IMG/VR virus record: IMGVR_UViG_3300022591_000010
Location: 1 to 58,144 of that record
Length of the DNA stretch: 58,144 bases
Direction: 5' to 3' (one strand)
Source of the DNA: a virus
Lineage: Duplodnaviria; Caudoviricetes
The notes beneath the pieces are model-generated. The model saw nothing but the letters and a program-made list of their open reading frames with translations, was not told where the DNA came from and ran no database searches. Made by a program: the position numbers and the translations under genes. Shown here piece by piece: positions 1-8,948 of this stretch (positions are counted from its first letter, which is position 1; each line of letters begins with the position of its first letter).

Positions 1-1950
1 CGCATCAAACGCCATACCTTCATACACTCCCTTGAGATCAATAGGGAAGAGAGTCATTCGGGCTTCTTCGTACTCATCTGCAGTACTCTGGGTGTACGGC
101 ATCTGAGGATACACCCCATCATCCATAGCCAAGAACGACACAGTCTTTAGTTGCCCATCATACATATGGAGCGCAGTACCGATAGCAGAAGCCTCTGTCT
201 TAGGGTCAAAGGACACAGTCACTGAGACTGAGTTGTCTGACCAATAACGCTGCGCAGTAGCTGCAAGCGCCATCTTCTCATAGATAGATACTTCCTTCTC
301 TGAACGTACGGCTTCAGACATAATTGGGAAATACACCACCGATGTAGTCTCTGGTGAGTTAACTTCAGGCTCTACGCGGTAATTAGCCATCTTAAATAGT
401 GGCAGCATAGGATCATTGTTAGCAAACCGGATCGTACGAAGGAAGTGCTTGCCGCCTGGTGTCCAGTGCACTCCTGGGGACTCTCCCGCTAGGATCGATA
501 CAGTGCCGGATGGCTTGATCGTAGTAGTCTTGATAGACTCACGAACTCCCAACCATTCTGAGTAACTCTTATCATACTGTTGGACTGTGGCATACCCGTC
601 ATCCATCCATTGGCGGAGAACCGGTAGGCCCTTAGTATCTGCAAAGTTTGCTACGCCAGAGATAGAAGTACCGATGCGGCGGTTACGCTGCATGATCGCA
701 TTTGTCTCTTCCCAGTGAGTTGGGAGAAGCGTTACAGTCTTAGCATAGAGATATGCGAACTTGAGAGTACGCTTGAAGTCTTCCAGATTGTCATGCCGGC
801 CGATATAGGTCTCAACGAGAGTACAACATTCCATAGACTCTAATGATTGTTCGGCACATGGGTTGTATCCAGCAGCACGCCAATCTTTATTGTTAAGTGG
901 GTCAGCTAGGCGACCGTACTGACGTGTGACATCCATCCAGATAACTCCAGGCTCACCGTTGCGGGCGATACCATCAATGACGGGAGTTAGGTCTGTACCT
1001 ACCCCGACTTCTACGGAGTTGTTAGACATCCATCCGTGGCCCATGCGGTCTGGGTTGACTTCGTAATTCTTAAGATTAAGAAATACATCGTCGGTAATCT
1101 TACCCATTAGCAGCTCAGCTGATCTACGGACGTTACCGGAGACTACGCATACGCCGATCAAGTTACCTAGGTCAGCAATATCACGTACTGTTAGTTTTTC
1201 TCCTGCTCGTCCCGCAAAGATTCCGCGGATGTGTGTATGTAGTCGTTCCAAAGGCTCTGAACCCGCAGCCGTTCCTCCAAATGTTTTGATCGGCGTTCCA
1301 GCTGGGCGGATCTGGCTGTAATCAAAGACTGGGCTCTTCTGATCTGGCTTAAGGAAGCTATTGATGACCGACGTGGTACTTTCGAACCAGCCTTCCCGGG
1401 TGTCTGGGATGACGATTGGTTCGGTGTCTGGTTGTGGCTCATAGATTGTGAAATCCTTATCTGCACCCTTGGTGTCGAAACCTACGCCCACTCCGAGCAT
1501 AGATGCCTCCATAAGGAATGCGAATGGCTTGGCCGGATTGAGTTTGCTCATCTCGGCTGTAGATACGAAGGAACAATTCTGCAACGCTGCAGAGTTCTTT
1601 TGGATATTGACAAGTGGGGTACCCATCATCCATAGACCACGTCCAGGTGGGGTCCATTTAAAATTAAACATGCGGTCGAAAGCCTCTTTGGCAGAGGAAG
1701 CCGCCTTGGTATCTGACCAAGGGAGCCGCTGTTGTTTTGCGTAATCCTTTTGGAGGGAGTACATTCCGTTGATGACACGCTCACAGGCATCTACCCAAGT
1801 TTCCTTGGTCCCATCCTCTTTAAGACGAGAGTAGGTCCTGATAAAGGTGATCTCACCTACAGAGTTCCCCGCTGCGTCCATATACCCCCAATTTACCTTC
1901 TTGGAGCGGTACGGGTTTACGAAGTCTTCGGCAAGTTTGAACGAAAACAA
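1..1950 (-). CDS. nrdJ: Class II (adenosylcobalamin-dependent) ribonucleotide reductase, monomeric RTPR type; 3' end runs off the window
   Basis: Translated by hand (not in the ORF track). TTG start at 1950: MFSFKLAEDF...FIRTYSR...WTPPGRGLW...ALQNCSF...GYNPCAEQSLESMECCTLVE...RNRRIG...TTIKPSGTVS. These are the canonical class II RNR motifs, and the frame is open at position 1. Confidence 0.95.
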   Translation of the reverse strand, partial: MFSFKLAEDFVNPYRSKKVNWGYMDAAGNSVGEITFIRTYSRLKEDGTKETWVDACERVINGMYSLQKDYAKQQRLPWSDTKAASSAKEAFDRMFNFKWTPPGRGLWMMGTPLVNIQKNSAALQNCSFVSTAEMSKLNPAKPFAFLMEASMLGVGVGFDTKGADKDFTIYEPQPDTEPIVIPDTREGWFESTTSVINSFLKPDQKSPVFDYSQIRPAGTPIKTFGGTAAGSEPLERLHTHIRGIFAGRAGEKLTVRDIADLGNLIGVCVVSGNVRRSAELLMGKITDDVFLNLKNYEVNPDRMGHGWMSNNSVEVGVGTDLTPVIDGIARNGEPGVIWMDVTRQYGRLADPLNNKDWRAAGYNPCAEQSLESMECCTLVETYIGRHDNLEDFKRTLKFAYLYAKTVTLLPTHWEETNAIMQRNRRIGTSISGVANFADTKGLPVLRQWMDDGYATVQQYDKSYSEWLGVRESIKTTTIKPSGTVSILAGESPGVHWTPGGKHFLRTIRFANNDPMLPLFKMANYRVEPEVNSPETTSVVYFPIMSEAVRSEKEVSIYEKMALAATAQRYWSDNSVSVTVSFDPKTEASAIGTALHMYDGQLKTVSFLAMDDGVYPQMPYTQSTADEYEEARMTLFPIDLKGVYEGMAFDA

Positions 1951-1991
1951 TTAGTGCCTCATTTCTGTTAGTTGTTGACTGTTATCAGGGT

Positions 1992-3467
1992 CTAGCTATT
2001 TAACCCTCTATCTATTATTCTACTAGATTCTCCCTCACTGATGCCACCGTTAGGTAGGTTCTGGAGGATGGTAGCTCTGTCACCAAAGAGTTGGGAAAGG
2101 ACTCCGCCAGAGGTTTGACGCTCTGCCGTGATCCGGATAAACTCCTTGTTTTCTTCTAGTTCCTTCATTTGCCCTACCAACTTAAATAGTCGGTCGAGCT
2201 CTTGTCCGGTGTTAGGATCGGGGTAGCCACCGTTCAATTCTTCAGCATATCGTGCAAAAGCGACTCTAGCGCCCTGCATTTCGATCATAGTTGTCAATAA
2301 TCCCTTAAGTTGATCCTTAGTCTTGATCTCAACCGGCAGGCTGAAAGCGCAAGGATTTGACGGTTTGAAGGCCGGACAGTTGGCCGCTACGAAACAAGTA
2401 TCGCATTGGCGCAATGACACCGAGTTGCTATTTAGTACCGAGACGTCCTTGATAACATCTTTTCCGTCCTCATCTTTTTCAATTACCGTCTTACTTTTTA
2501 CCCCAAATACAGGCAGGATTTGGCGCTCATTTGGCTCTCTATCGGCTAAAACTTTCCTACCCTCAGAAGGTCTGTTATCAGGAAGATTACCCCCTGTTTC
2601 CGCAGTTCCTGGATCATCCTTAAACTCACTGTTATCAGATAACTTCTTACCGCTTCTTTTATCCAAGGCTTTCTCCAGCTGCAGATAGGACCAAATAGCG
2701 AGGCGGGTCACCTCGTTACTATCATCATTAATAATCTTGTCGTAGTCTAGGCCGGCCTTCTCAATGATCGCTTTGTATCTAGGGCGAGCTTGATCTTTTT
2801 GCTTCTTCTGGTAACGAACAAGCTTTGTACCGTTCCAAACAATGGTCTCCCCTCTCATCATTGGGGATAGCCACGAAAGACTACTAGCCGTAGACAGAGC
2901 TACCTGGCGGAGATTGTCCGGCTTAGCGCAGGCAACCCCATGGAACTGAAGGTCAGGGAACTGGCTCAACATAGCCTTAGAACGTGCTGACAGGCTCGTA
3001 TCATCCTCGAGTGACTCTCCGAGTAGGGCAACGTTTGTAAACCGCTCACAGAGGGCATACAAGGCCGTATGACCGGCCTCCTGGTGCCACACAACCCAAA
3101 GCTTATCGCCAAGAATCTCTTGAGCTTGGCTTCGATGGTATGTGTTCCAGGCTTGGCCCATTGCCTTGACGTCCAGCTCTGTAGCGCCTGAAATTCTATC
3201 GGCATTGACAGCTAGGAAGTCCAAGTAACTATCAGCATACTCCTGTAGCTCTCGCTCGGTCAGCTTCAGATCATTGATCTGGTGACCTCCACCATCTACA
3301 TAGACTTTAACATCATCCGGGAATCTTCCCTGGATGAGGTAATCCTTGGTCTTAGGCAGCCCACGTTTGGCCAGGCGGTAATAGTTAATCGATACGTGCT
3401 TGACTCCCATATTAGTTAGGAGGATACGGTGGGACGGCACTTCAGCCCCCATGAAGATTAGGTTCAT
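1992..3467 (-). CDS. TGT/DpdA-like TIM-barrel protein fused to a C-terminal Cys-rich and helical domain
   Basis: The motif order VDGGG...ELD...VVWH...VALLG...FHGVA...ASSLSWL parallels the DSGG...D...PVxH/QG...HGFG...DSxSW pattern of tRNA-guanine transglycosylase-like proteins. The C-terminal part contains CxxCx5Cx8C. Confidence 0.55.
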   Translation of the reverse strand: MNLIFMGAEVPSHRILLTNMGVKHVSINYYRLAKRGLPKTKDYLIQGRFPDDVKVYVDGGGHQINDLKLTERELQEYADSYLDFLAVNADRISGATELDVKAMGQAWNTYHRSQAQEILGDKLWVVWHQEAGHTALYALCERFTNVALLGESLEDDTSLSARSKAMLSQFPDLQFHGVACAKPDNLRQVALSTASSLSWLSPMMRGETIVWNGTKLVRYQKKQKDQARPRYKAIIEKAGLDYDKIINDDSNEVTRLAIWSYLQLEKALDKRSGKKLSDNSEFKDDPGTAETGGNLPDNRPSEGRKVLADREPNERQILPVFGVKSKTVIEKDEDGKDVIKDVSVLNSNSVSLRQCDTCFVAANCPAFKPSNPCAFSLPVEIKTKDQLKGLLTTMIEMQGARVAFARYAEELNGGYPDPNTGQELDRLFKLVGQMKELEENKEFIRITAERQTSGGVLSQLFGDRATILQNLPNGGISEGESSRIIDRGLNS

Positions 3468-3925
3468 TCGAAGCGGTTCACCCTGCTACCCAAATGGGCA
3501 TCGAGCAGAGCGTCCTTTTGACGATCCACTTCGGTCTGGAGATCTTCCCAGGCTTTTACATTGCGGGTAGTTCTAACAAAGCGCGGAGAAGCAAACATAA
3601 TAGTTGGGATACCCATTGCCAGAGCTTCGGCACAGAAGTCTGAATCTGAATCGATAAAGAGCTCAACCTTACCTTTAGACTTTGCTACAGCTAGATGTCG
3701 GGAGCGTAATTCCTGGCCAACAAAGAACATACTACTATCATAGATCTCGCCGTAGCCCACAATCATGTGGCTACGAAGCCAGTGCTCAGTCTTTTTGGTA
3801 TCCATGTCAGATGAGAGTACGACACGATAAAACTCTGAAAGAATTCTGAACAGCTTGATGCCCTCTGGGATAGGGTCGCCCGTCTCAGTCTTTAAAACAC
3901 CCTCTAAAGCAATTATCGCTGACAT
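3464..3925 (-). CDS. HAD-fold protein with degenerate catalytic motif
   Basis: IIALEGVL in place of DxDGVL, followed by PIPEG, VVLSSD, and LFIDSD...ALAMGIPTI, which is the HAD topology. Overlaps the next gene (ATGA). Confidence 0.55.
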   Translation of the reverse strand: MSAIIALEGVLKTETGDPIPEGIKLFRILSEFYRVVLSSDMDTKKTEHWLRSHMIVGYGEIYDSSMFFVGQELRSRHLAVAKSKGKVELFIDSDSDFCAEALAMGIPTIMFASPRFVRTTRNVKAWEDLQTEVDRQKDALLDAHLGSRVNRFE

Positions 3926-4026
3926 TATTCCTCTTCATCGTTGTCCAAATGTTTCTGCTCGCAATGTCTTGCGAGAGAAGTTACCACGTACATCTTGTTG
4001 CATAACTGGCATTGGTACCTGTCCAT
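3925..4026 (-). CDS. 33-aa C2H2-like zinc-finger micro-protein
   Basis: Manual translation: MDRYQCQLCNKMYVVTSLARHCEQKHLDNDEEE*. Fills the intergenic gap, and its stop overlaps the next start (TAATG). Confidence 0.7.
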   Translation of the reverse strand: MDRYQCQLCNKMYVVTSLARHCEQKHLDNDEEE

Positions 4027-4035
4027 ACACCTATT

Positions 4036-4953
4036 CTACCGCAAAGTTCTCCTGATAAGTGTAGAAGTGTCTGGTAGCTCTACGCCGTAAAGCTCTTTAT
4101 TCTCTTGTTTTACTCTGGAATCCCTTTGATCTTTAATAGATCTTAGAGCCTGGACCGCACCAGATTTCTTTCCAGCCTGCCAACGGTAATTATTATAATC
4201 TGCGTATCCTGCGCCGGTTTGGCTGAAGGCTTTCTTACGACCATGGTGTATATCATCGAAGTAAGCAGCAGCTTGATCTTGAGCTAACTTGATCTTACGT
4301 TCAGCATTGATCTGGTATGCGCTGTTGGTAGAAGATCTAAGTTCATTAATAGCGTCATTGTGACGAGTCAGAATCTCTGAAGCCATCTCGTAATCACGAT
4401 TAGCTTTTTGCTCCCACTCTCGACTATATGGCGCTTGAGTGTTCTTGCTTGGAGGTACAGTCCAGAAGTCGCCAATCAAATCGTAAGCAGCGTATGGATT
4501 TATGTTTCTAATATCCGTTTGCTGGTTAACATAGAATGTAAGCTCATAGCCATTCCAATTCCTAGTATTAGGCATGATTTCAGCATTGAACCCCTCATTA
4601 AACATAGCGGCGATCTCTTGATCGCTGTAACCCGCATACTCAGGATTACTCTGGCGGAACTTTGTATACTCTACGCCTACTAGGCAATCTAGATCACCAG
4701 GTTGGCGAGATGCCTCCCATTGATAGGAGACTCCGGACCCAGCTAGCCAAGCCTTAGTCCAACGATGTGGGTCATTGAAGTTACGGATTAGGTAGTCAAA
4801 GAGAATAGAAAGTATGCCCTCTCTTATTGTCAGCCTAAGTTCCATATCTTGGAAGAGCTCTGGATCTAGCTCATTCGAAGGAGCACTAAAATACGAAGTA
4901 GCCCCGGGCGTGATGCCCGGAGCTGCTGCGTAACTGTACTTTTCCATACCCAT
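4036..4953 (-). CDS. Pol-beta superfamily nucleotidyltransferase
   Basis: LAGSGVSY...GDLDCLV (hGS...DxD) plus a downstream strand YELTFYV that could supply the third acidic residue. Confidence 0.75.
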   Translation of the reverse strand: MGMEKYSYAAAPGITPGATSYFSAPSNELDPELFQDMELRLTIREGILSILFDYLIRNFNDPHRWTKAWLAGSGVSYQWEASRQPGDLDCLVGVEYTKFRQSNPEYAGYSDQEIAAMFNEGFNAEIMPNTRNWNGYELTFYVNQQTDIRNINPYAAYDLIGDFWTVPPSKNTQAPYSREWEQKANRDYEMASEILTRHNDAINELRSSTNSAYQINAERKIKLAQDQAAAYFDDIHHGRKKAFSQTGAGYADYNNYRWQAGKKSGAVQALRSIKDQRDSRVKQENKELYGVELPDTSTLIRRTLR

Positions 4954-5002
4954 ATTCTTCCATCCCTTACGTCATTACGTCTCGGCTTGAAGGGTACGAA
5001 TA

Positions 5003-5311
5003 TTAAGCGGAGATAGTGTCTCCGGTTGCCCCTACTGACTGATCTGCCTGAATTCGCAAAGAAGTGTACTCTGCGGATGCTTGGGCCTGAAGATCCATGA
5101 GGATTTCAGAGACATAGCGGCGGATCTCGATAAGAGTGGCTTCTCGTTCTACTGGAATAGAGAATAGAGAAAGGTTCTTTTCAATGTAAACTGTACCCTC
5201 ATCGTTGACGAGTACGGCAAAACCGTACTTAAACGCTGGCAACTCTGGAGTTGACTGGTCTGCGTTCGGTGTGGTATCTGGTGTGGTATCTTTTGTTGTA
5301 TCTTCTGACAT
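5003..5311 (-). CDS. Hypothetical protein
   Basis: ORF with SD (AAGGAG), in operon context. Confidence 0.7.
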   Translation of the reverse strand: MSEDTTKDTTPDTTPNADQSTPELPAFKYGFAVLVNDEGTVYIEKNLSLFSIPVEREATLIEIRRYVSEILMDLQAQASAEYTSLRIQADQSVGATGDTISA

Positions 5312-5322
5312 TTTGTGTCTCC

Positions 5323-5907
5323 TTATTCGTACATGCCGGCTTTTTTACGATTTTGTTCTACTACGAACGTCTTAGCTGGACAGAAGTCGCAAAGGTATAC
5401 CTTAGTACTCTGAGATTTTGCGGCACTGGCCAACCCGAGATCCTTTCGGATATCGTCGGTACCTTTCGGAACCAATCTTTTACTTTCTACCTTCCAATCG
5501 TAACACCCCTCTACAGGGCGGAGATGAAGGTTAAAGCACTTCATGGCGTCTTCGCCAAAAGTAGCCTTAGTTGTATAGTAGTCTGGGTCAATGTCTGCAA
5601 GTCCTCCACCAACACGGTTACGAAGGTTTTCAATAACTTGCTTTCTTACCTCGGGGCGAGAGTAAAGTTTGACTCCGATTTTAGATAGAAAACCGGTATG
5701 AGGAATACCAGCAGACTCATGCTTCTCTACAAGAACTTGAAGCAAAACATCGTCATCTGGATGACCTTCAAAATCTGGAAGCTCTTCAATAGTCTTACAG
5801 TTGTAACAATAGAGCAGACGAATTTTAGGACCGGTGTCCTTGATCTCTGTGTACTTGCCTTCATCGGCAGCGCCTGCGCCACCTTGTCCAAGAATTGGAA
5901 CGCCCAT
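5323..5907 (-). CDS. Hypothetical Zn-binding protein
   Basis: CYNC...H...H and C...H...C...CDFC motifs; strong SD AAGGAGG; follows a conserved promoter. Confidence 0.7.
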   Translation of the reverse strand: MGVPILGQGGAGAADEGKYTEIKDTGPKIRLLYCYNCKTIEELPDFEGHPDDDVLLQVLVEKHESAGIPHTGFLSKIGVKLYSRPEVRKQVIENLRNRVGGGLADIDPDYYTTKATFGEDAMKCFNLHLRPVEGCYDWKVESKRLVPKGTDDIRKDLGLASAAKSQSTKVYLCDFCPAKTFVVEQNRKKAGMYE

Positions 5908-5924
5908 ATGTCCTCCTTATTGTG

Positions 5925-5947
5925 CCCCTATTAAATATTGTACCACA
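5925..5947 (-). promoter_or_regulatory. Conserved phage promoter/leader motif, copy 1 (TGTGG-TACAAT-ATTTAATAGGGG)
   Basis: Extended -10 element followed by a 12-nt block that recurs at 10963, 14362, 23672 and, as a variant, 32553. Confidence 0.75.
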
Positions 5948-7444
5948 CTATTCGTTGCCGGACTCTAGCTCTGGACGTCCTGCGGATTCATTAAATGCTT
6001 TACGACTACGTCCATAGGCAAGTTGTTCTCTAGGGGACATCTTTTTAACAGATTCTATCTCACGAAGTCTCGCTGCTGTAAGCGCCTCTACATTTGAAAT
6101 AGCAGTGCCTTGTTCCCCTACTTGCTTAGTAAGTCTTTCTTCAGCAAATTTTTCCAAAGGAGTTGCAGCTCTGGCGCCAGTAAACTCATCATTAACAATC
6201 ATATGAGCAGGAAGAGTTTGCTTAGCCCACTCCGCTTCAGAACCATAAGGGACAGACTCACGGGTAGCGGCTTCACTAGGAAGACTTTGTCCTACACGCT
6301 TAGGTCGTTCTGGCACAGGGCCGGAAGCATTTCTTACGTCAGGTGCATCATCTCCTTCAGCCCAACCAGGCCTACGCAAAACTCCCGCAGAGTTCTTACC
6401 TTTAAGACTAAAGCCACTATATGATGAGTAACCTTGAGGAGTTGGAGCATCCTTTGCTGCATTCTCTACTGTTCTGGTATAAATTGCAGAACAGATAGGG
6501 CAGTCTTTTAGATCTTTGCTAGCCCCTGGAGAGTGATAGGTCTCCATATGCTCATCATGCTCTTCTGGAGTAATATCGCTTGTTGACCTCAAATTTTCAA
6601 GAGCTCTATTAAGCAGGTCTTCTTGCTCTAAGTTGCTACGACGCTTTTTAACATCAAAAAGTGGCCCACGCAAAGACGCACCACGCCTACCCGCAGCTGG
6701 TCCGCCAGTTTCATGTCCCCACAAAACGTCTGCAGGTGGAAGTGTTACAGATCTAGGAGGTGTAGGTGAGTCTGATGAGCCTGGGAAATAATAACCGCCA
6801 GTCAATAAGCTGGACTCCATAGTACCGGTAGCGCTATCTTTCATTGCTTGAAGACGTGCTTTGTGCTTTTCTATATCTTGTGGCTTGATAGGATCAAATC
6901 TAATATCAGGATCTGCCTGGTGTTGTATCTGCTTTAGTTGCAAATGGTGCTTACAAAGAACATAGGGAGTTGTAGTAAATGGATTGTCTTTAGCACTAGA
7001 CATGAAGTGAGTTCCTTCAGAGCCACCAGGCCCATGCTGGTAAGAATTACCTGGAACATCACAAGTTAGCCCTAGTTTTCCTGGAATACTTTGACGTAGA
7101 TCTGTTAGGCCTGGACCAGAAGCAGTAAAGGAAGCAACTCCTCTAGGATCATTGTTACCCGGAAGAGTTGAGAGGATCTCCCCGCCATCTTCGTGCAAAT
7201 GCTCTGGGATACCTTCAGTAGTTACTCCTGGAGTAGTCTGATTATGACGGGCTACAATCCTATTTCCCGACTTAATTACTCTACGAGAAGATCTATCTGG
7301 AGCCGGCTTATCATAGCTAGGACTAAAACCTTCGGGAATACCAAAATCTTCTGAAGCGGAAGCATCAGAAGAAACCTCGACATTGCCATTAAAGGCATTG
7401 GAGGTTGCATAGATATCCTGAGAGGATACGTCTTTTTTAGCCAT
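5948..7444 (-). CDS. Large hypothetical protein, Pro/Gly-rich with His/Cys clusters
   Basis: 498-aa ORF containing C...H...CKHH and H..H....H...CPIC motifs. Confidence 0.7.
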   Translation of the reverse strand: MAKKDVSSQDIYATSNAFNGNVEVSSDASASEDFGIPEGFSPSYDKPAPDRSSRRVIKSGNRIVARHNQTTPGVTTEGIPEHLHEDGGEILSTLPGNNDPRGVASFTASGPGLTDLRQSIPGKLGLTCDVPGNSYQHGPGGSEGTHFMSSAKDNPFTTTPYVLCKHHLQLKQIQHQADPDIRFDPIKPQDIEKHKARLQAMKDSATGTMESSLLTGGYYFPGSSDSPTPPRSVTLPPADVLWGHETGGPAAGRRGASLRGPLFDVKKRRSNLEQEDLLNRALENLRSTSDITPEEHDEHMETYHSPGASKDLKDCPICSAIYTRTVENAAKDAPTPQGYSSYSGFSLKGKNSAGVLRRPGWAEGDDAPDVRNASGPVPERPKRVGQSLPSEAATRESVPYGSEAEWAKQTLPAHMIVNDEFTGARAATPLEKFAEERLTKQVGEQGTAISNVEALTAARLREIESVKKMSPREQLAYGRSRKAFNESAGRPELESGNE

Positions 7445-7447
7445 GGG

Positions 7448-7678
7448 TTATTTACCCTTGTTCTTAGGCTTCTTACCGCTAATGTCGATCTCTTTGCCAG
7501 AAGCATCACGACGGATATTATTATTGTCTACTTCTTCATCTGAAGATGCATAATCTGGGTGGTCTTTAGGTAATGCAGCACGACGAGCCATATCTTGTTG
7601 AAGGCGTGTTTTAAACTCAGCAGCACGAGAGACAAATACGGGCTTGCGAGCACCTGAACGATCTGGTAGATCTGACAT
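7448..7678 (-). CDS. Small hypothetical protein
   Basis: Tightly packed ORF with SD GGAGG. Confidence 0.65.
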   Translation of the reverse strand: MSDLPDRSGARKPVFVSRAAEFKTRLQQDMARRAALPKDHPDYASSDEEVDNNNIRRDASGKEIDISGKKPKNKGK

Positions 7679-8004
7679 TAGTATCCCTCCGGTGGGGTCT
7701 TACGTTCTCTAATTGCAAAGCCATTCATAATAGAGCTTACATTGCCCTCTTTAAATGTTTGAGGGGCAACACCTTGTGCATGGTGCTGATTAACAATATC
7801 CTGAGCATGAGGCAAATCTGATGCTCTTACAACCATATCTTGGTGCTCTGTAGATCCATGATCAAAATGGTCACTACGACCCATAGAGGCTTCGTCAAGG
7901 CCAAGATACCCACTAACTGCTTTACCGACTTTTTTAATGTCGTTAGCAGCACGTGAGTTCTTAATCTTGCCTATACGGCCTTTATGCCATGGGTCTTTAG
8001 CCAT
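7678..8004 (-). CDS. Small hypothetical protein (likely start MAKDPW at 8004)
   Basis: This start follows the stop of the upstream gene and avoids an overlap with it. Confidence 0.6.
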   Translation of the reverse strand: MAKDPWHKGRIGKIKNSRAANDIKKVGKAVSGYLGLDEASMGRSDHFDHGSTEHQDMVVRASDLPHAQDIVNQHHAQGVAPQTFKEGNVSSIMNGFAIRERKTPPEGY

Positions 8005-8005
8005 T

Positions 8006-8284
8006 TTAGTAGTTAGCACCCATCTGATCATTCTCAACATGCGCAACTGGTGTAGCTGCACGTGCCTTTGAAGCAGCTGAGCTAGCTCCTGGAGCTACCT
8101 TGCTTGGCGCCTCTTGATCAATAAAATCATAGTTCCAATATGGGTGAAGCGCACGACGGTTAGCCAACATGATGTCTTCGCCTGTACCTGGAGCTACAGT
8201 TGTGTTAGGACGTACCTTGCGATACTTTCCGTCAGTAGCGCCATCTTTCATGCTGTTGTTAAGAGACTTATTTTCTGTACGCAT
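8006..8284 (-). CDS. Small hypothetical protein
   Basis: TAATG coupling with the upstream gene. Confidence 0.65.
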   Translation of the reverse strand: MRTENKSLNNSMKDGATDGKYRKVRPNTTVAPGTGEDIMLANRRALHPYWNYDFIDQEAPSKVAPGASSAASKARAATPVAHVENDQMGANY

Positions 8285-8565
8285 TAGTCATTGTCCTTTG
8301 TTAGTCTTGCGGGGTAAACTCCCTCGTAACCGCCCTTATCATTAATTGGCCAACCATGTTCATCTTCCCCTTTAAGCCGAACATGTCCACGTCCAAGGGC
8401 AACCGATTCACCGGTCCTCATATTTACTGAATCAACAGCCATTCTGTCAAATCCTGGATTAAGAGCTCGCATAGTTGCTTGATGACCAGCCATACCCATT
8501 TCAGTAGCCTTAAATGCTTTAGCTTTACGAGCAGCATGGTCTTCTCTACGAGGTAAGAACTTCAT
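8284..8565 (-). CDS. Small hypothetical protein
   Basis: TAATG coupling. Confidence 0.65.
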   Translation of the reverse strand: MKFLPRREDHAARKAKAFKATEMGMAGHQATMRALNPGFDRMAVDSVNMRTGESVALGRGHVRLKGEDEHGWPINDKGGYEGVYPARLTKDND

Positions 8566-8729
8566 TATTTCTTCGCTTTCGTTTTAGGTGCTGGACTATG
8601 TTTAGATTTGGCTTTAGCCTCGATCTCTGCTTTACGTTCTGGAGTCATGACCTTAAGTTTTTCAACTTTATAGTCCATGTCCTTACCGTGTGGATCTTTG
8701 ACCTTGCTTTTAGCCTTATTAGTTGCCAT
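8565..8729 (-). CDS. 54-aa Lys-rich protein
   Basis: Manual translation MATNKAKSKVKDPHGKDMDY...PAPKTKAKK*; SD AAGGAG. Confidence 0.65.
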   Translation of the reverse strand: MATNKAKSKVKDPHGKDMDYKVEKLKVMTPERKAEIEAKAKSKHSPAPKTKAKK

Positions 8730-8753
8730 GGTGTAAGTATCTCCTTAATTTTA

Positions 8754-8948
8754 CTATTTGTCAGGGTTATGATGTTTTTTAACCCTAGGGCGGCTGACTT
8801 TTTTGCCCCTAGCGTGGCTAGTTGCCTGGCGTCTTTTAGTACTAGCCGATTTGCTACCAGGATTGAGGCTAGAAGACTGTCCGCCTACCCAATGTCCGGC
8901 AGAAGCCTTAGACCAGCTAGCTACGGATGTAAATTGTTTACCTGTCAT
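8754..8948 (-). CDS. Small basic protein
   Basis: 64-aa Lys/Arg/Ser-rich ORF packed within the operon. Confidence 0.55.
   Translation of the reverse strand: MTGKQFTSVASWSKASAGHWVGGQSSSLNPGSKSASTKRRQATSHARGKKVSRPRVKKHHNPDK

Noticed and set aside
1191-1971. Short ORFs listed in the track over the nrdJ region
   Set aside because: They are alternative-frame or antisense shadows of the continuous nrdJ frame, which the track omits because it runs off the edge.
5265-5303. 12-bp repeats encoding DTTK/DTTP/DTTP
   Set aside because: A short coding microrepeat in a disordered N-terminus, with no sign of a separate function.
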